Shown: positions 63,561 through 64,000 of the stretch, one piece after another
How the letters are laid out: every line of letters begins with the position of its first letter
Numbering within the stretch: the first letter of the stretch is position 1
Assembly (NCBI GenBank): GCA_963832685.1
Contig: CAWHUZ010000005.1
Span: 141,582 to 205,581 of the forward strand
Direction of reading: 5' to 3'
Length of the DNA: 64,000 nt
DNA from: an uncultured beta proteobacterium
GTDB taxonomy: Bacteria; Pseudomonadota; Gammaproteobacteria; Burkholderiales; SG8-39
The notes under the pieces: generated by a model
What the model was told of the DNA's origin: nothing
The model's database searches: none
Seen by the model: only the letters and a program-made list of their open reading frames with translations
Made by a program: the position numbers and the translations under genes

Positions 63561-63665
63561 CCTTGGAACCGGCTGCCGAAGCAACCGGAAGGAGGTGCTC
63601 GTAGGCTCGTGGTGCGCGGTGGTGGCGGCGGCGGGGATGCTCGCGGATACCATCAGCGCGGAGCT
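63528..63665 (-). ncRNA. Candidate ~140-nt small RNA
   Basis: Putative promoter TTGATT (63700-63695) - 17 nt - TACTGT (63677-63672). The transcript would carry a C-rich 5' part, a single-stranded CACCUCCUUCC (63597-63587), a UUCG-tetraloop hairpin (63588-63569) and the terminator above. Confidence 0.4.
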
Positions 63666-63783
63666 TTTCTGACAGTAGTACCGCTGGCGGCGAAAATCAA
63701 TCCCCTATTCGCGGTAGGCGCTTGATTTATCTTCGAGTCCGGCCGCCGCTTTTGATAGGATTTGTAAGAATGGAGAATCAGGC

Positions 63784-64000
63784 ATGAAGAAAAGCTCGCC
63801 GCGCCTTTCCTACCAGAGCGGATTCGGCAACACCTTTTCCAGCGAGGCGGTGCGGGGCGCGCTGCCCGTGGGCCAGAACTCTCCCCAGCGCACCCCCAAG
63901 GGGCTCTACCCCGAGGTGCTCTCGGGCACCGCGTTCACCGCGCCGCGGGCCGAAAACCAGAGTACCTGGATGTACCGCCTGCGGCCTTCGGCGATGCACG
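63784..64000 (+). CDS. hmgA: Homogentisate 1,2-dioxygenase, N-terminal fragment (continues beyond the window)
   Basis: Own translation from ATG 63784: [69 protein letters not shown], matching the conserved HmgA N-terminus. Confidence 0.85.
   Translation, partial: MKKSSPRLSYQSGFGNTFSSEAVRGALPVGQNSPQRTPKGLYPEVLSGTAFTAPRAENQSTWMYRLRPSAMH

Noticed and set aside
63129-63653. 174-aa minus-strand ORF between the Rap1a-like gene and hmgA.
   Set aside because: It reads through the strong terminator hairpin, is antisense to the Rap1a-like gene and has a low-complexity Arg/Pro/Ala composition. The non-coding sRNA interpretation fits the region better.

Overview
A 64 kb stretch of a high-GC proteobacterial chromosome (roughly two-thirds G+C by eye). 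The core gene order is typical of Betaproteobacteria. No rRNA genes, CRISPR arrays or prophage were seen. Contents from left to right: (1) 1-7.9 kb holds a small acyl-CoA/redox cluster: enolase-superfamily enzyme, crotonase, family III CoA-transferase, alpha/beta hydrolase, SDR, quinone oxidoreductase, ketopantoate-reductase-like protein, TauE exporter and a PAT-type acetyltransferase. (2) 7.9-21.6 kb, all on the minus strand, is the conserved block tRNA-Tyr/Gly/Thr-tuf-tRNA-Trp-secE-nusG-rplK-rplA-rplJ-rplL-rpoB-rpoC. (3) 23.2-37.7 kb is a complete MSHA-type type IVa pilus cluster in a non-Vibrio gene order, with an O-antigen-ligase/TPR gene directly after the major pilin. (4) 37.8-44.3 kb holds an MBL hydrolase, a LysR regulator and a fused indolepyruvate-type ferredoxin oxidoreductase. 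(5) 44.4-49.1 kb is a Csu-type (archaic, SCPU-domain) chaperone-usher pilus operon. It is convergent with an unusual protein carrying three tandem MshEN (c-di-GMP-binding) modules. (6) 50.3-62.2 kb holds housekeeping and accessory genes: yhhQ, an AhpD-like protein, P450, DAHP synthase, manC, galE, TRAP transporter and cysC. Almost every intergenic gap here carries copies of one REP family, and a REP-flanked RAYT transposase gene (a REPtron) is present. One REP-bracketed gap holds a two-gene Phd-like/nucleotidyltransferase cassette. (7) 62.2-63.8 kb is a lower-GC islet with an atypical response regulator, an orphan Rap1a/Tai4-like immunity gene and a candidate small RNA, followed by the start of hmgA. 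Main caveat: at least 13 genes or segments, including the essential rpoB and tuf, are interrupted by what look like single extra bases. I read these as insertion-type sequence errors, not pseudogenes. All functional calls come from my own reading of the translated ORFs and motifs; no database search was run.
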